Positions 39,703 to 50,677 of a stretch of 64,000 nt of DNA are shown here, piece by piece; within the stretch, counting starts at the first letter, position 1, and every line of letters starts with the position of its first letter. The notes below the pieces were generated by a model, which worked only from the letters and a program-made list of their open reading frames with translations, did not search any database and was not told the DNA's origin. This stretch comes from Moniliella sp. 'wahieum' (Eukaryota). The stretch covers positions 248,001 to 312,000 of the forward strand of contig RSEE01000029.1 of NCBI GenBank assembly GCA_003971905.1. The letters are read 5' to 3'. A program made the translations under genes and the position numbers.

Positions 39703-41661
39703 TTGGTAGAGATCGAGATTTAACAAATTTGACGATTGCACAACAGTTTTTTCTGCAGATGCGTGAATGAGAGGGAGGGCTTGAGGCAAGGTGGGGCAGT
39801 GTGGCTGGAACTGGCTGGAACTGAGTACTGATGTGCTGATGCGCTGATGGCTGAGCGCTGAGGCGCTGAGGCAACCACAATTATGTTTTGTCTTGGAATG
39901 TTGCCACACAAGTCGGAAAGAAGCGAGGTCAATTCAGGCACACGGCCGGGGGAGGTTGAGCTCGTCGAGTACATCGATTAAGCATTTCTTTTGGTGCCTG
40001 GTGCCCATATATGTTGGTGCATGCATGGCCTCACACCCGCGGACCGCCAATGTGGAACGTGCGCCGTCATTTCGCGCTGGACCCTTCCATTAGTAATTTT
40101 GCTGCAATAAGAGTCTCAGATCGCCCACCTTCGGGTGGGGTCGAACAGAGGACGGGATTAAGGCCTAAGGCCTAAGGCCAAAGGTGGGACAGGGGGCTCA
40201 ACAGGGTTTAGGCTCAGTCTGTCTGACGTTTAACGTTTAGCGTTTATAGCGAGCATTCGTACGTGAATGGGGGTTTGAAGGATTTAGACCGTATACGCAG
40301 AAGAACCAGGAAAGAGAGGACGTTGGCACCTTCCCCCTTAAGGAGCTCAGCGACTAGCTACCACGCCCGGGACGGCCTGAACCTAAAGCGGAGGAAACAC
40401 CGCTGAATAAATTCATGTCATTTGTTATGCGGCCGAGGTTATTGCGTGGTTATGCTATCGCCACCGTTATGCCGGTTATGCCGGTTAAGCATCACGCATC
40501 ACAAGCATCATAAGCCTCATAGTACATGTCATCGATCAACGATCAGAGGCATTGAGAACATTGATCAATGATCATGCATCATACTCAACCTGAGCGCCTG
40601 AGCGCGTACGTTCAGCGAAAGCGGTGCACGCCAATACACCTGGGCCGCATTGAAAGGATCCTATTATAGACGTCGCGCGGGAGCAGGCGGGAGCAAGCGG
40701 GAGCTGACGCGCTGACGTGGGTCCGATGGACCCTGGATGTTCTCAACGATCGTGATGTTGTGATCGTGAACGCGTGAACTGATACCCTGACGGAGCGGCG
40801 CAGCCGCCAAAGGCCGTAAAAGAGCGACCGCCTCTGAAACTGACGTACTGTTGACCGCTGACCGTCAGCGCTGACCGCCGCACACTGTGGAAGTCAGCTC
40901 GGCTAGGCCGCCAGGCACCAAGCAGCGTCCTGCAGCGCCAAGCTCGGTCGGTCCAGCTTCGCCTTTTGCCACCCTCTCATTCCGGTGCTTCAGTCAGTAC
41001 TCGGTTCATTCAATATTCAACGTACTCAACGTCCAACGAAGCTTCAAACGCTCATACACTCATCGACATCGTTCATCGAATTCAATATTCAATACGGATT
41101 CTCATCGGTCACAGGTCAACTGCATCATCTGTCATGCATCATGTATCATGACTCGGTATACGTACTCATCGAACTCATCGATCATCGATCATCGATCACA
41201 ACCAAGCTGGCAAGGTACTGCGTTCACACGTTCGCAAGAAAAGGCACGCCAATAGTTGCCACAGTAGTACGGCAGGGAGACGGGGATGGGAACGCCGGTA
41301 ACGCGTAACGCGTAACGCTCCGACCCATATGACTGTCACCTTTCGAAGTACCACAGTTAGTAGCTACAGTAGGCTTGTATCCTAGCCCCAGCTGCAGTGT
41401 AGCAATCCTGTAGATTCGGGACGACATTTCCTAGAAGAAGCGCCCCGTCTCATTCATTTCTTCATCACCACTCACTCGCCCATACGCCCCCCCCCCTTCA
41501 TGCTTAAGGCCTCTGTGAGTCGCTATATCGTTCCAAAACCTCGCCCAGTACCTTTCTCCGTTTCACAACCCCTGTGTCTCATGGCAATGTGTATTAGGCG
41601 AAAACTCAGACCCGACCCATAGGTTAGGGGTGCGTTTCGTTGGAGAACGAATGTAAGTTGA

Positions 41662-41776
41662 TCAAGCTTCAAGCTTCAAGCTTCAAGCTTCAAGCTTCAA
41701 GCTTCAAGCTTCAAGCTTCAAGCTTCAAGCTTCAAGCTTCAAGCTTCAAGCTTCAAGCTTCAAGCTTCAAGCTTCA
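41662..41776. repeat. (TCAAGCT)16 perfect heptamer tandem repeat
   Basis: Read directly; unit = AAGCTT palindrome + C. Confidence 0.97.
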
Positions 41777-43092
41777 TTCTTCAAAAGCTCAAACACCATT
41801 GACGGCGAACGGAGGTAGCGGAGAGGAGGTCTATTTACTCAAAATGTATCATCGCGGGGCAACTACGTTTTGTGTATCCGACGGGGTCGGGTGTATATTA
41901 GTGAGACCCTGTTGGCCGTATGCAGTGGTTCTAGAAGGTTCGCTGTGGGAAGGCGAAGTAGTAGGCTATACGACAGGTTTTTGGGCAGATCCCTCCACTA
42001 TGTTCCGAGGCGGTTGGGTTATCTCCGAACATAAGTAACAGCCCCACATTTCTGGTATTAGAAGTACCATGCAAACACGCGCCAGTCCTGTTTTAGGCGA
42101 GTGAGAGTCCCTAGTGACATTCACTAATCACCGGCCAATCACCACAGGCAAGTTATCCATCGTTGCATACCTCTTCGTCGGCAGCTATAGCCATGGTCGC
42201 ATGGTCTCATGATACGATGCTTAATACCCATTTTGCCCCATCTTGCAGAAGACTCCTTCAGACTGCTGCTCCCATTGTGGTGCACTCTGTCAGCAACTTG
42301 AAAGCACAGGCTGCGTCTTTTATATAGTCTTTACTTCTCTGCAAAGCTCCTACATGCCGTGCATACCCGCTCTGATATCTACACTTCATACACAGCCCGG
42401 TTAAAGCCTTGCCAACAGCGTTCCTCATCGACCATCCTCTCTCTTTCCGAAATCGAAGACCGCTTGCCTGTTTCGTCCTACCAACCAACGCTGGTATACA
42501 CATTGGTTTCCCTTCCACCTTTTTCTCTCCTTGCCGCTTGACGGATCACACACACATTCCCACAGGATGTGGGTATGATCCTTGTTCTAGATCTTCCTTG
42601 TCCCCTTTTGTGTCTCTTTCCCCTCATCACGCGTGGTCTACCGTGTGATAGCTTCTCCTTCTCCTCTGGTATATAAGGCGCCATTCCATGCAGCCTGAAT
42701 GAATACCTGTCGGCATCCGAAGCAATCTCCCTCCTACACCGCTCGACTTCTCTATCCATACTATTAGTACCCTTGCGAATTCACGGCTTGCGTTGGTTAT
42801 GCCGCAATGAAAGTAAAATAACGCTTGTCCTTCACTTACGATTCCGTCTCACACTGGTGTGTGCTTACCACGGTGGTGTTAACCGTGGTATAACGGCAGC
42901 GCAGGAACGCCTGGAGCTGCTGGAGCCCTCTGTGGGATCTTGTCGAGACCTACTCGCACTGCTTCTCGTCTCCTTCCTTTTGTGATTTTTGCACGCAGGC
43001 AGCCACACTCATACACTAGAGGCTCTATCTCCCTCGCCACGTCACCCTCTCTTGGTTCTGCACAGGATTTGAAGCCATGGACATACAGTGTG

Positions 43093-43438
43093 AATACCAG
43101 GGACGCACCCACGAACCGTTTTCCCTTTAGTTTTGACGAATACGCCCCCAAGACAGCGGGCAAGATGCTTGGGAAGTGGAAGGAATTAACTACTGAAAGT
43201 CTCAATGGAGAGATGGTTTACTGCTCGGATGTCTACCACGTTCATCCGTATCCACACTCGCTACCTCGTGTATGGGAACGGATGGCGGGCACCAAAGGGT
43301 CCTGATCTCCGGCGATCCCCTGCTTCCTTAAACGGGGTTGGCGCTAACAAGCAATACAGACGCCGGATGAACGGGCCGGTTCAAGCGCAGCGTCTCTTTG
43401 CCTCAGCCTTAAACTCTGTCAATGATATGGTTACAAAA
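43093..43438 (+). mobile_element. ~345-bp diverged 5'-truncated copy of the CRE-like retroelement
   Basis: KTAGKMLGKWKEL and RWFTARMSTTFIRIHTRYLVYGNGWRAPKGPDL match copy 2 (KWFLARMSTTFLRVHTRFLGYGTGW). Ends CAGCCTTAAACTCTGTCAATGATATGG. Confidence 0.85.
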
Positions 43439-43693
43439 TAGAGATAAACAAGGGAAAGAATAACGCAGAGAGGCATATGAAGCAACAAGGGAAGGGACAA
43501 TAACCCTCCCATCCTTAGACAGGAACGAAAGTGGTTGTCGAGCTCATTATTACTACTGTTGACGAGGGCAACGGGTGGATGAAGAGAGGGCTTTGCAAGA
43601 AAAAGAGAACGCGACGACAGATCCGGAAGATTAACCGAACGCTCATCTATGTATTACAAGACCAAAGACGCGAAAAAGTAACCAGATTAAAAG

Positions 43694-43841
43694 TGTCACA
43701 GTCGTCGGGATTAAGTCGAGGGAGACCAGAGTCGAGAGGGAAACGCGGAGGAATGTAGCAATCCTGGTAGGGAAGAAAGAGAGCAGAGGACATGGAGCGA
43801 AGAGGAAAAACAAAAGAAAAGGGCGAGATGCTGTGGTGAGA
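43694..43841. mobile_element. Degenerate solo LTR, family A
   Basis: TGTCACAGTC..CGAGGGAGACCAG..TGTAGCAATC..GGGAAGAA..CAGAGGACATGG.GCGAAG is colinear with 28713-28855. Right terminus and TSD eroded. Confidence 0.7.
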
Positions 43842-44783
43842 ACGAAGAAATTTTATAATGGCAGTAGGATCAACCAAACTATATGTGACCAAACGTACAT
43901 AGAGACCAACAACAACAAGCAGCGTTTGGGCGACCTCGGCCGTACAAACGGGATTCGATATAGTTCGCACAAATGAAGGGAACATGTTCACACCGTTTTG
44001 ATGCAATATATGATGTACATGTCCTGTTCAATGTACCGTGCAACTACGTCAGAATATAGTCATCGCCCGATCTTTACGTGTAGACACAACCTATAGGAAA
44101 AGGTGGAAAGGGGGGCGTGGGCTCGCCCCGGTTTGGTCGTCCGCCATCGCCCGTGAGGTATCACACTCCTACCTTCATAAGGCGTATCCCCACGCTTAAA
44201 AGAAAAAGACGACATCCCTGTGCCCTAACAATGAGCGTCTCGGCGTGTGGACTCACTCCTGCCCCTCCCCCCCGTACATCCCCGAGAGAAACAATGCCAG
44301 TTGGCACGTTTTCTTTTCCCGATATACTTGTTGAATGCACCGTGGGCGCCAGGACCTCGCCTGTGCGCCCCGAAGTCATGGCCACAAATCGGTGCCTGCA
44401 GCGCTTCTCTTTCCTTCGGTCGTGGGTGGTTGGGGGGTACGAGTCCACACTCTCGTCGAGGAGAGTTAGGACGAGAATAAATACCGCCTGCCAATACGGG
44501 CTCACCAGCTGACTCGCAAGCCAACCTGTTTGCCCTTAACGCTGTGCACACTGTGATGCACCTCCGCTGTCCATTCTTCACAAACCCGGGCCCACCATCC
44601 TGATGCACTGCTGTAGCACACATGCACGTATACAGGCCCCATGAATACACACTCGGCCTGATCACAGTCGCAAATCTAGCTTCATGAATCATTCCCATCA
44701 TATCTTCACCGCGTGATTGACAGTTATGTATTAAATGATCATGCTCTCCCATTTCCGATTCCTCTGCCTGATACGTCTATTGC

Positions 44784-46183
44784 TGTCACGGGTGGGCGCC
44801 GCCAGCAGCCCGCCCCCCGGGGGGCGGGGGTTAAAAGGGGCACATTCCCTTAGAAGTCCTAAGGTGGACTCACGGTAGGTACGCGCTTGGGCTGATTGGC
44901 GGGTCCGAGCGGGGCTATATATGAAGAAGGAGGGGCTTCTCATCAGTGTATAGAAGAGGCGACTGTGTTACGGGCCGCGTCGGATGCAAGATGGTCTGAG
45001 CCAAGGTAACGCCCGCCTGCTCTGCACAACCCAGCGGAGCGCGCTCCCCAAGCCCAACCAAGTTTGACGATGGTTGGTTGAACAATGTACGGTGGCCCGA
45101 GTAGCCATGCGTACGCGCGACAGCAGTCGCCCCTGCCCAGGTCCAAGTCGGTTGGTCTAAACAAGGCCATCAAGTATTCAGTATCTTTGTCGCGTCCGTC
45201 GCCCTGTCACCGGGGCTTATTTCTCTTTCTCGGTCGCGCCTGCGGCGATCACAACCCCCCCCTTTTGACGTGTCTTCCTTTCTACACCCCCTGTTGTATC
45301 CATTTTCCCCTTTGATTTAGCCTAGACCCCTGGTCGGGGAATCCCTTTTCCCCACCCTGCATTCTCGTCCTTTCCCGCCTATCCTGTCTCCGACTCCTGC
45401 CCGTTTTCCAGCCAATTGATCTAGTACAGGCAGCCTCCTCTTGTTAGCTCTCGACTCCTCCTCCGACCTCGTCCTCCAGCAATCCGTCAGTCTAGTTGCG
45501 CGAGCCCTCCTCTGGCCGCGTCGATTTCCAGTTTCTATCCAGTCCCCGTTAAGGCTGTGTTTGACCGCCGTTGCCTCCTCCCGTCCCTAAGTCCCGAAGG
45601 CTTCAGACACGTCACAACGGCCCAAACCGGTGCAGACGCAGCCTTGCCATACACGCAGCCGCCCTACCAAAGGCCTCTCCTCGTCCCTAGCTCCGCTCCG
45701 ATTCACCAAATAGCCCAAGCCCGAAACTACCGTGAGTCGTCCTTCCGTCTCTTAAGGGATTGTATCCCAAGAACCTTCTGGGCGAGCCCCCTGGCGGGGC
45801 TCGCCCGTGACAGACTGCAAGTGTGGCAAGGTTGCGTAGCACTGGCATGGGCAGCAGTATAGCTTGTCTGAAGCCTTCGAGCTCAGGGACAGGGAGGTGG
45901 CAGCGAAGGACAAACACTGCCAGACAGGAGCTCGACTGGGACTGGGGGGTTAGCGGCGGCGGATACGTAGAACTGGTAATCGCGCTAGCGGTCAGCCACG
46001 ATCTGATTGAGTTGGATCTGGGAGCACCCTCTACTATTGTTGGGTAGATCTCAGTTGATCGAGATCGCTGAGATCGGATCAGATCAGATCTAGGACCGAT
46101 GATCAACCCGTAGCGGGGGATTAGGAAGATGAAGGGAGCGCGTACCCTCCGCCGCGCGTGCCAGCCAGTCTTCGCCCGTGACA
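44784..46183 (-). mobile_element. Probable older solo LTR, family B (~550 bp net), interrupted by the nested 44966-45812 copy
   Basis: Termini TGTCACGGG (44784) and CCCGTGACA (46183). Reverse complement of 44784-44917 is colinear with 45688-45812. Possible imperfect TSD ATTGC/TTTGC after a 7-bp duplication at the right end. Confidence 0.55.
44966..45812 (+). mobile_element. Solo LTR, family B (847 bp), nested
   Basis: Termini TGTTACGGGC...GCCCGTGACA (9/10 inverted match). Perfect 5-bp TSD GACTG (44961-44965 and 45813-45817). Strand is relative to the outer copy only. Confidence 0.75.
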
Positions 46184-47338
46184 TGTGACATTTGCTCTCT
46201 TCTCTATCCCCTCTTCCATGCTCCCTCTCCCCTGCTCTTTTGACTCTTCCTTACGAACCATTGCTACCCAAGTTACTTGCCTCTCTGTTTCTTCAATGCC
46301 TTGACTTTCGACTTCACGTTTTGGTTTTCTTCGCTTTCGATAGGCCGAGTTCGATGCCAGCTATAATCGAGCTTGATATGAGCTGTTTTCATGGCTCCTG
46401 CCCGCTCAGCACCAGGCGACGAGGCGGGTAAATGTTACAAGTCCATCGAGGAATATCCAAATTCTGATGTTTGTAATGCGAACGCGACGTAACGTGCTCC
46501 TTTCTTTAGTTGCCTGTGCATCAACCGTCCGCACAACCCTTCAGGACCACGGACTACAGAGGCACGCTAGTCTTGCTCGTTTCGGGGCACACACAGCTTT
46601 GCCACGCTATCCGACGCCCCGATCGAGAAGCCTCGCCTCATCTCTAGCTCCGTTATAATCTGCTAGGAGTGTGTTCGAGCTCCATCAACCGTGAGTGGCC
46701 CGTCCTCTCTCTAAAGGAGAAAGCACCCCTAAACTCTCGGTGGGGCCCCCATCCGGGGCCCGCCCATGACAGAATCCAGATGGCCAAGGGAAAAAAGTCA
46801 TATACATTAGCCAGGAGAGTAGTGCTTGCAACGCAGTCCTGTAGCACCTCATCCAAGGAGTGCTCTGTGAGGGTGTACGAAAAAACATCTCTTCACCGCC
46901 CTTAGGGTTATACGGGATGTATCCGAAGGCGGTACTATCCATGCCCCAAAGGTGAGTATAACATAGACCAACACAGTAGTCTCTGTTTCCCCAACGTGGT
47001 GCCGTTCGCCAGTCTGTGTGGTGGTGGGGAGCTAATAGAAGACCCCACAAGAGACGCACAACCCTGACCTCTCGGCCGTGGCATATTTCTGTGCGGATGG
47101 GCAAGGGGGGGTGGCAGGCGGAATTGGGCGGGCGGAGTGGGGATTGCGATTATTAAGCCGGGGCACTGGGCCAGTGAGAGCAGATGCTTGGGCTCATGTG
47201 TGGGTCTGTCTGCTCTGCGTGAGGAGCAGTGGGAGCGACAGGCAAGCGCTCCAACCAACCGAAGTGGCCAGTCGAGGCCACCGCATCCCGTCCTCCTCCG
47301 CCTCACCACCGCGTCCACCCGTCTTGCTCCCGCTGCCC

Positions 47339-48820
47339 ATGCGCCCCCACGTGTTCGCCGGTGCCCTGCGTGCCGCTGCCCCTGCCCGTGGCCCGCTTGC
47401 CTTCGGCCGTCTGTTTGGCTCACGTGGCCTCGCCTCGTCTGTCCGCGCCGCGAATGCCGAGGATCTGCCCGAGTACGAGGTCCCCCCCGGCAGCGCCAAC
47501 CCTCATCGCCTCGAGCACGGGTTTTTTGACAAGCGTATCCCCGTAATCACCACCCCACCAAGGTCGAGCATGACCCGTATGGCGACCGCATCGTTCTGCG
47601 TGCATCGATCGAGATGTCGAACGCGATCTACAAGGAGGCGAGCTCGCGCAAAGAGGCCAACATGCGCCACTTTACTATCAACTTTGGCCCTCAGCACCCT
47701 GCTGCTCACGTGTGCTGCGTCTTATTCTCGAACTCAATGGCGAGGAGATTCTTCGTGCCGACCCCCATGTGGGCCTCTTGCATCGCGGCACAGAGAAGCT
47801 GATTGAGTACAAGAACTACACGCAGGCCATGCCCTACTTTGACCGTCTCGATTACTCGTCGGCCATGACCAACGAATTGTGCTACGTCCGGGCGGTGGAG
47901 AAGTTGCTCAACATTGAGGTTCCCGAGCGTGCCAAGTGGATTCGCACTCTGTACTCTGAAATCTCGCGACTGAACAACCACTTGATGGCTGTCCTGTCCC
48001 ACGTGATGGACGTGGGTGGTCTGACGCCCTTCTTGTGGGTTTCGAGGAACGTGAGAAGCTTATGGAGTTTTATGAGCGTGTCTGTGGTGCCCGTCTGCAC
48101 GCAGCCTACTTCCGCCCTGGTGGCGTGGCTTTTGACCTTCCGGTCGGTCTCCTGGATGACATTCATGTATGGGCCTCCCAGTTTAGCTCACGCCTTGATG
48201 AGGTTGAGGAAGTGGTGACGGGCAACCGTATCTGGCAATTGCGGACGGTGGGCATTGGTCGTGTCACGGCTGACCAGGCCCTCAACTATGGCTTCAGCGG
48301 GCCCATGCTGCGTGGAAGCGGTATCCCATGGGACCTTCGCAAGAGTCAACCGTACGAAAAGTTTGACGAGGTGGACTTCGAAGTGCCGGTCGGCAAGAAT
48401 GGCGACTGCTTTGATCGCTACCTCTGCCGGGTGGAGGAGATGCGGCAATCGCTACGGATCATTGAGCAGTGTATCAACAAGATGCCCCCTGGTCAGGTCA
48501 AGGTGGACGACCACAAGCTCACTGCTCCACCCCGCGCCAACATGAAGGAGAGTATGGAGAGTCTCATTCACCACTTTAAGTTCTCTCCCAGAACTTCAAT
48601 GTGCCCCCTGGCGAGACGTATGCGGCCATTGAGGCACCCAAGGGTGAGATGGGGTCTACCTCGTCTCGGACGGGACCAACCGGCCTTACCGCTGCGCATC
48701 CGTGCCCCCGGTTTCCTCCACCTTGCGGGTGCCGACATGATCTCGCGTCACCACGATGTCGCTGACATGGTAGCCATCATTGGAACGATGGACTTGGTGT
48801 TTGGTGAGGTGGACCGTTAA
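47339..48820 (+). CDS. NDUFS2: NADH:ubiquinone oxidoreductase 49-kDa subunit (mitochondrial complex I); several 1-bp frameshifts
   Basis: [86 protein letters not shown]-terminus [14 protein letters not shown]. Arg/Ala-rich mitochondrial presequence. Confidence 0.96.
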
Positions 48821-48841
48821 TGCATTGCTATGAGCCTCGGT

Positions 48842-50315
48842 CTATTCCAGCAAGGGCACCACGGTCCACCCTTTGCCTTGGGTCCTCAGAGCCGTAGGAC
48901 CTAGGAAACTGAGGAGGCACTCGCTGCAGACCAATAGGTTGCCCCCGACATGGATCCGTGCACCCCCATATAGCAAGTAGCGCGGGAAGCGCATGTCGCA
49001 CAGCTTGCACTTCCCTCCGCGATAAGGCAGCGGTGCCGGCCCCGGCCGGGCATAGGAAATGACAGGGCGTTGCAGTGCAGCGACCGAGAGGAAGGTGGTA
49101 GTGGCGCGGGGCAGGGCGGTGTGGGTCAAGTGAAGCGTTCGGAAGATGAGGAGGTGGGTACAGCTTGTGGCATGGCGAAGCCAGTAGGGCTGCCCCAACC
49201 GGAGTCCTGGGACCGATATCAGGGTTACTTCGTTCCAAGGACGTGCAAAGGCTGTGGTCCCCTCGCAGCTGGCAGCCAGGGTACGCGCCCACGCGCTCTG
49301 GGGATCGGAAAAGTAGAGTTGGTCCCCCATGTGCAGCGCCGCTTGATCGGAAGCAGAGTGATGGTGGTAGTGAGGAAGGCTATCCCCATCAATAGCTTCT
49401 TCTTCTGGTGTATCATCCCACCGACACACCACCGCTGCTCGAAGAAGCGAGGGGCGAGGAGGCATCCAGCTCGAGCGTTTGGTCAAAGTTAAGTCGTCTA
49501 ACAGGGAATGTTGAGTGGGGGCCAGAGGGGTAGCTGCTTTTTCGGCAACCTCATCATCTGACGTGGAACTGGACGAGTCGGATGTTGAGTCGGAGGAGGA
49601 GGAAGTGGTGGAGGCAACGTCGGGTCCGAGGCGGGGGATGGAGAGTGTGGCTGGGGCTGGGTGTGGGTGGCCGGGCGGATCGGCCGCGGTAGTATCCACG
49701 TGAAAAGGGAGTGGGGAGGGACGAATATATGTCAACTGTGATGCACCAATCGGGCTTGCTATTGCTGGGGACCAGCCGTGCACGTTCGTCCCATACGCGT
49801 TGTCCCACACTGAGGATCGATTCGGTAGGCGTGGGCTGGTACAGCACGTTTTGCTCGTGAGGCTGGATGCGATGGGCATACTGCTGGATCACGGTCGTTC
49901 CTTCCTGGCTTCCCGGTGGCAACTCGTACTCGCCAAAGCGAAAGGCACTGGGCAAGCGCGCCTGCATCTCCTCCCAGTGTGGATTGCGAGCGAGGAGGGC
50001 GGTAGGGCCCGGCTGGGGTTCGTCAGCTATGGGTTGGTACGAGGCAGCGGTCTTTTGGCGCTTACGGTCACGATACCGCGTGCGCTTCTCACGGGCAGCA
50101 ATGTGGGCGGGGGTTTGGGACCACGTATCCCATTGGTGCCGCAAGCGGCGCGCCAGCTCGCCGTCATCCAGGATATCTTGCGTGTACTGCCGCGTCTCCG
50201 TGAGCGCAATGGCCTCCCATGCCGATGGAGAAGGCGGCGAGGGAGATGGAGGCCGGAGGGCAAGGGTCTCGTGGAGGAGATGGTCCAGCGCCAACGGAGG
50301 GCCTGGGGGGTCCAT
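48842..50315 (-). CDS. snRNA-activating protein complex subunit 3 (SNAP50)-like zinc-finger protein (frameshift near 49870)
   Basis: LRLGQPYWLRHATSCTHLLIF followed by CKLC..CSEC matches the SNAP50 C-terminal zinc-finger pattern. N-terminal ORF 49554..50315. Confidence 0.72.
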
Positions 50316-50677
50316 GGGGCTGCGTTCTGCGGCGAGAGAAGAGGAAGGGGACAGGGCAGACGGATGGGTGGATCACCAGGACTGCCTCGGCCACTCGTGC
50401 GTCTCCTGCCCAGGACGGATGACGTCATCTGTGCGATGGGATGTGGCCGGTGTGTTGCGATTTCAACTCGACGTTCCGGCCACAACTCGGTCCATGTTGC
50501 ACCGACTGCTAACGTGTATTCCCGACTGGCCCAGGCACTGAGAGATACCAGGACTGGTGACCGGTGACCGGCGGCAGTCATGCTTCAAGTCAAGTCACTA
50601 GTCCCTGAAGGTAGCCAAGGAACAGGCTTGGACCAGCACCACAACCACATCCACATCCGTACGTGCGCCGCGCAAGC

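Noticed and set aside
40157..40200. Further retroelement 3' fragment (reverse complement CCCCCTGTCCCAC)
   Set aside because: Only a 13-bp match, with the adjacent sequence replaced by AGGCCTA repeats; too short to support.
41662..41776. CRISPR array
   Set aside because: 7-bp head-to-tail units with no unique spacers, no cas genes, and a eukaryotic context.
41640..42038. ORFs with KLQASSF, HHASCIM and similar peptide repeats as real proteins
   Set aside because: These are translations of the heptamer DNA repeats with no other coding signal.
45780..45812. Helitron 3' end (subterminal hairpin)
   Set aside because: The element ends in TGACA with a 5-bp TSD rather than CTRR without a TSD.
47339..48820. 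Mass pseudogenisation or programmed frameshifting (frameshifts in NDUFS2, RIB1, kinase, RidA and others)
   Set aside because: Scattered 1-bp losses, often in homopolymers, occur in otherwise highly conserved genes. Unpolished long-read error is the simplest explanation; short-read polishing would settle it.
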